Shown here piece by piece: positions 39,381 through 50,245 of a stretch of 64,000 nt of DNA. Position numbers and translations under genes: made by a program. The notes under the pieces are model-generated. The model worked only from the letters and a program-made list of their open reading frames with translations, ran no database searches and was not told the DNA's origin. Source of the stretch: Octopus sinensis. Lineage: Eukaryota. The stretch covers positions 4,650,001 through 4,714,000 of the forward strand of contig NC_043022.1 of assembly GCF_006345805.1 (NCBI RefSeq). The letters are read 5' to 3'. Every line of letters begins with the position of its first letter. Position 1 is the stretch's first letter.

Positions 39381-39655
39381 GCTTGTATGTGGTCACTGTA
39401 CATGCTAGAAATAACAACGGAAACCTCCCTCAGCTTTCTTAAATGAAGCTAGCTAAGAATACATTGTAAGATGTAGTGCTAGATGTACAAATTGTCTGAA
39501 TTCAGATGGGATTGTCATAGCTGGAGAGCCTTTTTATTGTCATTCTGCTCAGTCACAGCTGACCTGGGACTAAGCAATCAAACAAGTTCTACCAGCCCCC
39601 ACAACTAACCTCACCACAGAAAAACCAAAAGTATAAGGCCTGTGTTATTCTTATA

Positions 39656-39699
<44 letters not shown>

Positions 39700-39701
39700 A
39701 A

Positions 39702-39885
39702 GGGAAAGTTTACGAAAATAAACAAAAGAGGAAGACAGGTGGTGTACAAAACAAACAGATGTATTAGTATAACGCTCAGGAATAGAAAAAGTCTTTTACG
39801 TTTCGAGCCTACGCTCTTCAACAGAAAGGGACACAGAAAACAAGGAGAGAAACAAGGAGAGAAAAAAAGGAGAGAAAAGTGCCAT
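39702..39885 (-). mobile_element. Penelope-like pseudo-LTR fragment with minimal HHR at 39792-39829
   Basis: Same CTGTTGAAGAGCGTAGGCTCGAAACGTA motif as 29374-29411. Confidence 0.7.
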
Positions 39886-39886
39886 C

Positions 39887-40039
39887 ATGGCTGTGTGGTA
39901 AGAAGCTTGCTTCCAAACCACATGGTTCCGGGTTCAGTTCCACTGCATGGCACCTTAAGCAAGTGTCTTCTACTATAGCCTCGGGCCATCCAAAGCCTTG
40001 TGAGAGGATTTGGTAGACGGAAACTGAAGAAGCCCATCG

Positions 40040-40093
<54 letters not shown>

Positions 40094-40299
40094 CATGTAT
40101 ACATTTGTGTGTCTGTCCGCCACCATCGCTTGACAACCGATGTTGGTGTGTTTACATCCCCTTAACTTAGTGGTTCAGCAAAAGAAACCGATAGAATAAG
40201 TACTAGGCTTACAAAGTCGTGAGGTCAATTTGCTCAACTAAAGGCGGTGCCCCAGGATGGCCACAGCCTAATGACTGAAACAAGTAAAAGAATAAAAGA
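39887..40299 (+). mobile_element. SINE family A variant
   Basis: Direct match. Confidence 0.85.
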
Positions 40300-40520
40300 A
40301 TACATATATATATATAGGTGTGTGTGTGTGTGTGTACTTACTAGTATGCATGTGTCTGCTTGTGTGTTGAGTGCATGCGTACGTGTATGGATACATAGAT
40401 TTCTACTATACAATCTAAATACATTTTGGATATACACTTTTTTATACCCAACCGTGTTGGCTTCCACATTGGTAATGTTTTTTCCTATATATACGCATAA
40501 ATGTAATCCATTTCCCAACA

Positions 40521-40603
40521 AGTCTCTGATGAAGCAATAAGGTGTGACTCAGACACTCAGTTATGTGTCCAGTGCATCTTTTTAGCAGAAACAGCTGTAA
40601 GCT
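40521..40603 (+). ncRNA. Type I hammerhead motif with long stem II (family H2b)
   Basis: AGTCT-CTGATGA-[AAGGTGTGACT..GACAC/GTGTC..AGTGCATCTT]-GCA-GAAAC-AGCT-GTA-AGCT. Confidence 0.6.
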
Positions 40604-40654
40604 AATGGAGTGCAGAAAATAGTAGTTTATTCCTTCAACATTTCAGAGTGCCAG

Positions 40655-41176
40655 CATCAACAATAAGATTGATATAGCTGGTAGGATTAGCTCCTGGATC
40701 CTAAGAACTTTCTAATCCAGAGAACAGAGTGTCACCATTCCTCTTTCTTCCTCATTTGTACAGCCGCACCTTGAATACTGCTTCCCCCTGTGGTCTCCCT
40801 ATACAAAACAAAATGTTTCGGGTGTTCACTAAAAGATTTAAGGGCATGACTGCTCTCAATTACTGGGTCCACCTTAAAGCATTGGAAAACCCTGTTCTCT
40901 CCAGCGCTGCCATGTGTGATACATTATTTGCAGGATGTGGAGAATATACCACCAGCATTTCCCGAATGACCTCAACATTCGCTTTAAAACACATCCAAGG
41001 CTAGGACCACGGGCCATACGTCCCCTTCCCAATTCAGGATCACAACACATAAATACACTGCAACAAAATTTCTTTTTCTCAACAGGTTCTAGCCTATTTA
41101 ACTTTGTCCTGAAACAGATCGAATAGGAAAAGGATCCCATCATCTTCAAATGGAATCTGGACAAATTTCTTCAAGG
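40655..41176 (+). mobile_element. CR1-type LINE RT C-terminal relic, cut by SINE A
   Basis: Frame-broken SWILRTF.SR...SFVQPHLEYC.PLWSPY...LNYWVHLKAL...WRIYHQHFPND...HPRLG...LFN...FKWNLDKFL. Confidence 0.8.
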
Positions 41177-41576
41177 AGGAGTGGCTGTGTGGTAAGTAGC
41201 TTGCTTATGAACCACATGGTTCTGGGTTCAGTCCCACTGCGTGGCACCTTGGGCAAGTGTCTTCTACTATAGCCTCGGGCCAACCAAAGCCTTGTGAGTG
41301 GATTTGGTAGACGGAAACTGAAAGAAGCCCGTCGTATATATGTATATATATATATGTATGCATGTATATGTTTGTGTGTCTGTGTTTGTCCCTCCCAACA
41401 TCGCTTGACAACCGATGCTGGTGTGTTTGCGTCCCCGTAACTTAGTGGTTCGGCAAAAAGAGACCGATAGAATAAGTACTAGGCTTACATAGAATAAGTC
41501 CTGGGATCGATTTGCTCGAATAAAGGCAGTGCTCCAGCATGGCCACAGTCACGTGACTGAAACAAGTAAAAGAGAA
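41177..41576 (+). mobile_element. SINE family A
   Basis: Direct match. Confidence 0.9.
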
Positions 41577-41992
41577 TACGAGATAAGCCACCTATACCTG
41601 GATACAACTCACTCAACGAGAACTCCCTTCTCAAATAGGCCATGATATCACAAAACTTGACTTAAAAAGGATTTAGATAATCCTATCAGGTGGTACTATT
41701 AAGTTAGACACTGCCTGGACCAATCTTTGGTCAAACATATCTAAGTTATATATATATTAACCGGTGTTTTCAAAGCTATGAATAGCTTTGCGGAAACCAT
41801 GGTTCGCTTTGTTTTCTGACTTTATTATCATCTTATAATCATCTCATAATAATGACTTTTATGACTCTTATTATTACCTCAGTCCATCTAAATGTATATA
41901 TTTGTCGTTACCTGTCATAAATAGCCTTTTTCTATTTGCAATGTGCATTTTCGTTGATTTTCATATTTTACCCTTACATTTCCACATGTCAT

Positions 41993-42224
41993 CCGAGCGT
42001 GGCCGTTCGCCAGCCTCGTCTGGCACCTGTGTCGGTGGCACATAAAATCACCCACTACACTCTCGGAGTGGTTGGCGTTAGGAAGGGCATCCAGCTGTAG
42101 AAACACTGCCAGATCTGACTGGCCTGGTGCAGCCTTCGGGCTTCCCAGACCCCAGTTGAACCGTCCAACCCATGCTAGCATGGAAAGCAGACGTTAAACG
42201 ATGATGATGATGATGATGATGATG

Positions 42225-42225
<1 letters not shown>
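41993..42225 (+). mobile_element. Family C 3' part
   Basis: Conserved block and (GAT)n tail. Confidence 0.85.
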
Positions 42226-42257
<32 letters not shown>

Positions 42258-42451
42258 TAAATGTCAAATGAAAGCAATGAGTGCTCAACACCACATTGGT
42301 GGAGAGAGTTTCTTTATTTATGCGTTGTAAGCTACTATTGGTTTCATGTTGAGAAAAATGGCTTAATATCTTAACAATTTTTCAAGCCAATCAAATGGAG
42401 GAATAGTGTTTGTCTCCATTTTGGTTAAACATACACACACACATATATATA

Positions 42452-42825
42452 CTCTTTACTCTTTTACTTGTTTCAGTCATTTGACTGCAGCCATACTGGA
42501 GCACCGCCTTTAATCGAGCAACTCGACCCTGGGACTTATTCTTTTGTAAGCCCAGTACTTATTCCATCGGTCTCTTTTGCCGAACCGCTAAGTAACGGGG
42601 ACGTAAACACACCAGCATCGGTTGTCAAGCAATGCTAGGGGACAAACACAGACACACAAACATATACACGCATATATATATATATACATATATACAACGG
42701 GCTTCTTGGCTTTGGTCAGCCTGAGGCTATAGTAGAAGACACTTCCCCAAGGTGCCACGCAGTGGGACTGAATCTGGAACCATGTGGTTGGTAAACAAGC
42801 TACTTACCACACAGCCACTCCTGCG

Positions 42826-42827
<2 letters not shown>
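42452..42827 (-). mobile_element. SINE family A with internal deletion
   Basis: Reverse copy. Confidence 0.88.
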
Positions 42828-42882
<55 letters not shown>

Positions 42883-42946
42883 GGTTTTTTTAGAAAAACA
42901 TAAATCTGGAGAAGAAGCACACCCTAAGAAGTAGAGCAGTCTATAT

Positions 42947-43239
42947 TTTATTACTGGGGTAGGCCGGTTTATAGGGTTACCCTGGGTTTCTTGCCATCCT
43001 ACCTTTCACCCTCATAGCCGACAGGTAGTGTAGCTGAAGGAGGACAACACAGCCGGAAGCTGATGACCAGCAGCAAAGAGAGATAAGCCCCATTGCTTAT
43101 ATCAGTATCGTTTCCCTCTCCATATTTTAAAGAGGTCATAGGCCAACAGGTCCTAGGGTCTGAAGATACGCCATAAGAATACCCTTTACGGCAAGAAACC
43201 CTGTGTAACCCCATAAAACCAGCCTTCACCAGTAATAAA
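42947..43239. mobile_element. Element with ~50-bp terminal inverted repeats; right arm overlaps an HHR (inverted pseudo-LTR-like)
   Basis: TTATTACTGGGGTAGGCCGGTTTATAGGGTTACCCTGGGTTTCTTGCC versus the reverse complement of the right end. Confidence 0.75.
43154..43213 (+). ncRNA. Type I hammerhead motif (family H4)
   Basis: TAGGGT-CTGAAGA-TAC-GCCATAAG..CTTTACGGC-AA-GAAAC-CCTGT-GTA-ACCCCA. Confidence 0.7.
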
Positions 43240-43280
43240 TAAATACATATATGTGTGTATGTATGTGTTTATATATATAT

Positions 43281-43530
43281 ATCATGACGCATATTTGCCA
43301 TTTGAATATGGCTAACCCCTAAGGGTGGATGCTACTGTAGTTTGTAGCCCCAGGAAGATATCTCCTCCAGCTGGCTATAGACACACTATCTGTGTCCTCT
43401 CAGTATTTGTGAAGGGGAGTCATCCTCCCCATCTTCAACTCATGATACACACGGACCCGAGTTTCAAGGTGTTTACCTTTCATCACCCTTAGGTGTTAGC
43501 CATATTCAAATGGCAAATATGCGTCACGAT
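43281..43530. mobile_element. 250-bp MITE with 47-bp TIRs
   Basis: ATCATGACGCATATTTGCCATTTGAATATGGCTAACCCCTAAGGGTG and its reverse complement, 2 mismatches. Confidence 0.88.
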
Positions 43531-43703
43531 GTGTTACCACTACTGTTTATAACTCGCTCTGAGATTTATCATTATATATATATATATATGTAACTATATA
43601 AAGTTAATCCAAACATGAAAACACAAAGAGAAAACACAACAATGCGAGGACGTGGAACAAATATAGTATTATTGGACTCTCGGGAAGGAAGGGAAGAAGG
43701 AGG

Positions 43704-43738
43704 GTTTAACGTTTCGAGCGGAGCTCTTCGTCAGAAAC
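43704..43738 (-). ncRNA. Minimal type I hammerhead motif, canonical core (family H1b), inside a Penelope-like fragment at about 43596-43812
   Basis: GTTT-CTGACGA-A-GAGC-TCC-GCTC-GAAAC-GTT-AAAC. Confidence 0.72.
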
Positions 43739-43864
43739 ATAGGAGAAGGAAAGATCCCGAGAAGGAAGACAGAGGAAAAAAAATCGCCAACGGTACACAC
43801 GAGGTCTCATTCCTCATGAGCATTGATAAAAAATGGTTGAGAATGAGTGATGTAAAGGATAGAA

Positions 43865-44471
43865 ATGAATGTAAACAAGGTTAGTATGATTTTTGTGATG
43901 GCGATGATGGTAGTAGTGGTGGTAGGGCAGCAGAGGGTAGTGGTGGTGCTGATGGTAGTGGTGATGATAATGGTGGTAGTGATGGCAGTGGTGCTGCTTG
44001 TGGTAATAATGGTGATGGTGGCTGTTGTGCTGGCAGCGATGGTAATAGTGATGGTGGAGGTGGTGGTGGTAGTCATTGTAGTACTGATACTGGAGATGGT
44101 GGTGATGGTAGTGATGGTGGCAGTAGTGATGGTGATGGAGGTAGCAGTGACTGCAGTAGGTAGTGATGGCCATAGGGTGGTGGTGGTGGTGGTGGATGTG
44201 AGAGCAATGTTAGTGTTGCAGTGGTGGTGGTAGTGGTGGCTGTTGTGGTGGTGGTGGTTCACTGACACGATGTCACAATCGACTCCCAGCCCTAACTGCG
44301 CCACCTTCAAGCTGTCAGCAATCTCTCGTGTCATGTGACTGCACTTGGTGCAGTCTTGCACATTGAACGAGCATTTGATGCATCTCTACAAGTGAGTGTG
44401 CATATCGGAAATTATATTGCATATTCACCTGCTGAAGTGGGTGGACGTGCGAGTGTGCACGTGCAAGTGTG

Positions 44472-44565
<94 letters not shown>

Positions 44566-45060
44566 GAAATGAGGATGTGCATAAATAATTGAGTAAAATG
44601 AGTGTGGCAGGAGCTGAGAGGAGGATGGTGGTGGTGGTGGTGAGGGTGATGACGGTGATGATGATGGGTGGTGGTGGTGTTGGTGGTGATGACGGTGATA
44701 ACGGCAATGATGATGGTGATAATTATGATGACGACGATAATAGAGATGATGATGCTGATGGTGATGATGATGATAGCAGCAGTGATGGAGGTGGTGATGG
44801 TAGTGGTGGTGGTGGTGGTAGATGTAGTGGTGGTCGTGGTGGTGGTAGTGGTGGTAGTGGTAGTGGTGGTGCTGGTGGTAGTAGTGGTGGTGGTGGTGGT
44901 GGTGGTAGTGGTGGTGGTGGTGATGGTGGTGGTGATGGTGGTAGTAGTGGTGGTAGTGGTGGTGGTGGTAGTGGTGATGGTGGTGATAGTGGTGGTGGTG
45001 GTGGTGGTGGTGCAGGTGGTGATGATGGTAGTGGTGGTAGTGGTTGTGGTGGTGGTGATA
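43865..45060. repeat. (GGT/GAT)n tracts with an intervening (TG)n
   Basis: Direct inspection. Confidence 0.95.
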
Positions 45061-45485
45061 CGTTTGATGATCGGAATAAGCAACAATTATGACAATGACG
45101 TGAAAGAGGATAAAGAAAAAAAGGGGGAGGGGAGAGGAAGGACGTGATTGGAGGAGGTGGATTAATTAATTAATTACAAGATGGTTTAGATCGAGTTTCA
45201 TTAGCGAGATAGACAAATAACATCACAAAAGATTTACTATTTATACATCAGTGTCAAAGATATAACGAACCGCTTACGGCAAGGATCGTTAGCTGCCTGG
45301 CGCTAGTCATTATCTAAGGAAATCGTCAGCAAATTGTGGCCCTCACCAGCGATGGATTACCCATTAAGCAAAATACGCAGGTGCTTAGGGTATCAAGGGA
45401 AGGAGGGAGCACCACAGAAATGGTAAATGGTTTAAGGCACAAAAGAAATTACTTTAAACTTGCTATAATAAACCTTATTCTCGAA

Positions 45486-45942
45486 GGCGGTGAGCTGGCA
45501 GAAACGTTAGCACGCCGGGCGAAATGCGTAGCCGTATTTCGTCCGCCGTTACGTTCTGAGTTCAAATTCCGCCGAGGTCGACTTCGCCTTTCATCCTTTC
45601 GGGGTCGATTAACCCTTTAGTGTTTAAACCGGCCAAACCCAGCCCAATATATTCTATATATTTTATATTCAAACTGGCGATATCTAGCCTCTCACTCCTA
45701 ACCTACAATGCCATTCTGAAAATAAACAATCACATCATTGAAACCTCAAAGCTATAAGATAATGCGTGATTAATTCAAAACAATTTGAGTGAAAAAAGTA
45801 TTACATTTAACAGAGTATTCTGAACACTAAAGGGTTAAATAAGTACCAGTTACACACTGGGGTCGATGTAATCAACCAAATCTCTTTGTCTGTCCTTGTT
45901 TGTCCCCTCTGTGTTTAGCTCCTTCTGGGTAGTAAAGAAATA
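45486..45942 (+). mobile_element. SINE family B split by a TTAA-MITE
   Basis: Head 45486-45612, remainder from 45835. Confidence 0.9.
45613..45834. mobile_element. TTAA-flanked piggyBac-type MITE (222 bp)
   Basis: Perfect 12-bp TIR CCCTTTAGTGTT; TTAA at 45609-45612 and 45835-45838. Confidence 0.92.
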
Positions 45943-46114
45943 TATGATAAACCTTATTGAGTGGTGAAGGAGGATCTTCAGACTGTGGGCCTCACAGAGG
46001 AGGCGCCAAGGGACCCAGACTTCCAGCAGTTTGCTGCGCTTGAGAAGATATGTCAAGCTAAGTAGCACCATGGCTGTCCATGCAAACAGGTATATGTTCT
46101 CTAAGTCCCTCTCT

Positions 46115-46448
46115 CAGCTGAAAGACCCTCGTCTTGCGGGATCGTGGGTGCTGGTTCCACATAAAAGGGTCCATGCCATTATCATGTGAAAGCACCTGTG
46201 CTGGTCCCACCCAAAAGCACCCATGCCGGGACCACATAAAAGTGCTTGTGCCAGTGCCATGTGAAAAGCACCCAGTCCACTTAGTAAAGTGGTTTGTGTT
46301 AGGAAGAGCATCGAGTCATAGAAACCATGCCAGAACAGACAATGGAACCTGGTGCAGCTCTCCAGCCTTGCCAGCTCCTGTCAAACCGTCCAACCCATGC
46401 CAGCATGGAGAATGGACGTTAAATGATGATGATGATGATGATGGTGAT
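46115..46448 (+). mobile_element. Family C, older variant
   Basis: Conserved 3' block and (GAT)n tail. Confidence 0.8.
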
Positions 46449-46547
46449 TGAGTGTGCCTTTCTGAATGTAGACATTGCCTTTTGTATATTCTTAACATTA
46501 AGGGTCACAAATTGCTCAGCTGAGCATCCATTCTCTCAGTTGAAGTA

Positions 46548-46737
46548 CCCTATTTTAATGTGTATAAGGAACCCGTTTTTTGTCAGAAATTAGGTGAAAA
46601 AAATATGGGAGTTTCTTATACATGGATAGTATTATGATCTCTTACAAAACATTTTTCCCAGATTTTAAGCCCCCCACCCCAAAAAAAATTAGGGGTTTTC
46701 TTATATACAAGGGTTTCTTATACATGTTAAAATACGG
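46548..46737. mobile_element. TA-flanked Tc1/pogo-type MITE (190 bp)
   Basis: TA|CCCTATTTTAATGTGTATAAGGAACCC ... GGGTTTCTTATACATGTTAAAATACGG|TA. Confidence 0.8.
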
Positions 46738-46897
46738 TATGTTAAAAATCCCATCAGAACACTTATGCAATGAGGCAGGCTGGATGCCTTATCTCTGTTA
46801 AGTAAAGAAGCAGATGTGTTTTGTAAGATTAATTCTGAGGATCTGATCAAAGACTTAGCAATTTTTCAAAAAAATAAGAGAAAACTTTTCTAATATA

Positions 46898-47266
46898 AAC
46901 AAGAGCACTCAGAGAGCACAAACCTCTGCCAAGGCAATCCCAGTGTCCTCTCAATGATTAACCAGAGATGATCTTCAAAATGAGAAAATCTGAAATAAAC
47001 TTGACTGTCCTCACAAACGAGAATACTGAAAATAAACCCGGCTGCTCTGAAAAATTAAGTAAAAACCAGGAAAAATAATCCAGAATCCTTGTCTGGCACC
47101 GGATCAATCCTAAAATCTAATCAGTTCGTGCCAGTCATGAGGCCAAACATCCCTGAAAGTTTCATCTGAATCCATTAAGCAGTTCTTGAGATATCTTGTC
47201 TTTGGACAAACAAGCAAACAAACACAACTGAAAACAATACCTCTGTCTTCGCTAAGGTGGAGGCAA
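46898..47266 (+). mobile_element. Family F, Helentron/DINE-1-like, copy 2
   Basis: AACAAGAGCACTCAGAGAGC start; terminal hairpin CCTCTGTCTT-CGCT-AAGGTGGAGG. Confidence 0.6.
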
Positions 47267-47281
47267 TAAAGATGAAGTATA

Positions 47282-47788
47282 TCTTTATATATAAAAGTCA
47301 AGTTGTGTGTCTGTCTCCTACGATTTAGATTCCTAACTACTCCCACATTTTGCGGTGCAGTATAACCAATACCGGGTATCTTATAGTCGTGATTCATATC
47401 GAGCCCTTCTGGGTATTAGCGCGCGTCTACGATGCGTCTACGATTTAAAAAAAAAATTTACCATAATTTTTTTCCATTTTAATGCACTTTTTCGCTATTA
47501 TATAAGGGAAGTAACTCTCTAAAAAATGTCTACGATGAGTCAACGATTTAAAAAAAAAATTTACCATAATTTTTTTCCATTTTAATGCACTTTTTCGCTA
47601 TTATATAAGGGAAGTAACTCTCTAAAAAATGTCTACGATGAGTCAACGATTTAAAAAAAAAATTTACCATAATTTTATTTTTTCCATTTTTAATGCATTT
47701 TCTTGCTATATTTTGGCTATAACTCTCTAAAAATGCTTATATAGTTATTTCCCTTACAAGCCCGAGCAACGCCGGGCGATACTGCTAG
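47282..47788 (+). mobile_element. Non-autonomous Helitron, copy 2
   Basis: A|TC...CCCGAGCAACGCCGGG...CTAG|T; three 103-bp units starting at 47425, 47528 and 47631. Confidence 0.9.
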
Positions 47789-48302
47789 TAAAACACAAAA
47801 ATAAACATTATTTTCCATCTTTCTGTTAGTTTTGCTTCATTTTGAAGCATAAAAAAAATTTATTTTATTTTATGGTTTATTATTGTTTATATTTTGAATT
47901 ACAAATATATAGGGGGGCCCCAAGATTTTTGAAGAGCTTCGGGCCTCCGCAGATCTATCAGTCTCTTTTGCTGAACTGCTAAGTTATGGGGATGTAAACA
48001 CACCAACACCAGTTGTTGAGCAGTGGTGGGGAGACAAACACCAATACACACACACAGATACATACACATACACACACATCTTTACGCAATAGGCTTCTTT
48101 CAGTTTCCACCTACCAAATCCACTCACAAGGCTTTGTTATCTTTTATTTTATGGTTTATTATTGTTTATATTTTGAATTACAAATATATAGGGGGGCACC
48201 AAGATTTTTGAAAAGCTTAGGGCCTCCGCAGATCTTAATCTGGCCCTATAAATGAGTAGCAGCTGAGTGAATGGGTGCAGCTCTCTCTCTCTCTCTCTCT
48301 CT

Positions 48303-48340
<38 letters not shown>

Positions 48341-48402
48341 CCCCAGCTGTTATACTCCATGCAAGCAAAATAGTAAATAAGGGACCACAGCAATAATTTG
48401 AG

Positions 48403-48816
48403 TTTGCTTCCCAAACACATGGTTCTGGGTTCAGTCCCACTACAAGGCACCTTGGGTAATTGTCTTCTACTATAGTCTCAGGCTGACCAAAGCCTTGTGA
48501 GTGGATTTGGTAGGTGGAAACTGAAAGAAGCCTATTGTGTAAAGATGTGTGTGTGTGTGCAAGTATGTATGTGTATGTGTGTATGTTTATGTATGTGTGT
48601 GTGTGTATCGGTGTTTGTCTCCCCACCACTGCTCAACAACTGGTGTTGGTGTGTTTACATCCCCATAACTTAGCAGTTCAGCAAAAGAGACTGAGAGAAT
48701 AAGTACCAGTTTTAAAAAAAAAGTACTTGGGTCAATTCATTCCACTAAAATGTTCTTAAGGGTGGTGCCCCAGCATGACCACAGTCAAATGACTGAAACA
48801 AGTAAAGAATAAAAGA
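48403..48816 (+). mobile_element. SINE family A variant
   Basis: Direct match, 5' few bases missing. Confidence 0.85.
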
Positions 48817-49267
48817 TAACACACACACACACACACACACACACTCTCCCTTTCCTTTCTTAACCCCCCCTCACACTTAGACCCTTTACTTTCTCGTCCC
48901 ACCCCTACTTTTAACCCCTCATCAATCCTTTAAAACACATTCCACCTATTTCTGACACACACTCTCCCTCTCATTTCTCTCCCTCTCATTTCTTTCTCTC
49001 TCTCTCTCTCACCACAACTAATCTCCCACCTCATCCACTCCGCCCAGGCCCTCCCCCACTAACGAGAAAACACATTCCCAATTATATTGTTCCCACCGTT
49101 TTTAAACAATTCCCAAGAATTCATTTCCAAATTGGTCACATGACTTCCTTCAACAGCTGCATGCACATTTGCACTCTGACGCGAATGCGGCTGCACGTTG
49201 CTCTGCACACATGCATGTGTTTGTTTATTTCACAGCATGAGCATGCATGCACACACACATACATACC

Positions 49268-49496
49268 TATTTCTTTATTACCCACAAGGGGCTAAACACA
49301 GAGGGGACAACAAGGACAGACATAGGTATTAAGTCGATTGCATCGACCCCAGTGCGTAACTGGTACTTAATTTATCGACCCCGAAAGGATGAAAGGCAAA
49401 GTCGACCTCGGCGGAATTTGAACTGACAACGTAACGCAGACGAAATACCGCTAAGCATTTCGCCCGGCGTGCTAATGATTCTGCCAGCTCGCTGCC
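49268..49496 (-). mobile_element. SINE family B, full length
   Basis: Reverse copy. Confidence 0.9.
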
Positions 49497-49545
49497 TTAC
49501 ATACACTCACACATACATACACTCACACACACACATACACGTATA

Positions 49546-50109
49546 CACAATGGGCTTCTTTCAGTTTCCGTCTACCAAATCCACTCACATGGCTTTGGTT
49601 GGCCTGAGGCTATAGTAGAAGACACTTGCCCAAGGTTGCCACACAGTGGGACTGAACCCAGAACCATGTGGTTGGGTAGGAAGCTTCTTAACACACAGCC
49701 ATGCTTGTGTCTATTACTCCCTCTTTTACTCTTTTACTTGTTTCAGTCATTTGACTGTGGCCATGCTGGAGCACCGCCTTTAGTCGAGCAACTCGACCCC
49801 AGGACTTATTCTTTGTAAGCCCAGTACTTATTCTATCGGTCTCTTTTGCCGAACCACATAGCTACAGGGACATAAACACACCAGCATCGGTTGTCAAGCA
49901 ATGCTAGGGGGACAAACACAGACACACAAACATATACACACACACACACATATATATATATACATATATACGACAGGCTTCTTTCAGTTTCCATCTACCA
50001 AATCCACTCACAAGGCTTTTGTCGGCCCGGTGCCACGCAGTGGGACTTAACCCAGAACATGTGGTTGGTTAGCAAGCTACTTACCACACAGCCACTCCTG
50101 CGCCTATAT

Positions 50110-50160
<51 letters not shown>

Positions 50161-50211
50161 CACACTAATATAAATATATACATACACATGCTCACATACA
50201 CACAAACATAT

Positions 50212-50245
<34 letters not shown>

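Noticed and set aside
43060-43075. Other isolated CTGANGA heptamers (also near 2531, 13622, 30322, 46836, 54574, 57682)
   Set aside because: No correctly placed GAAA, stem III and NUH downstream.
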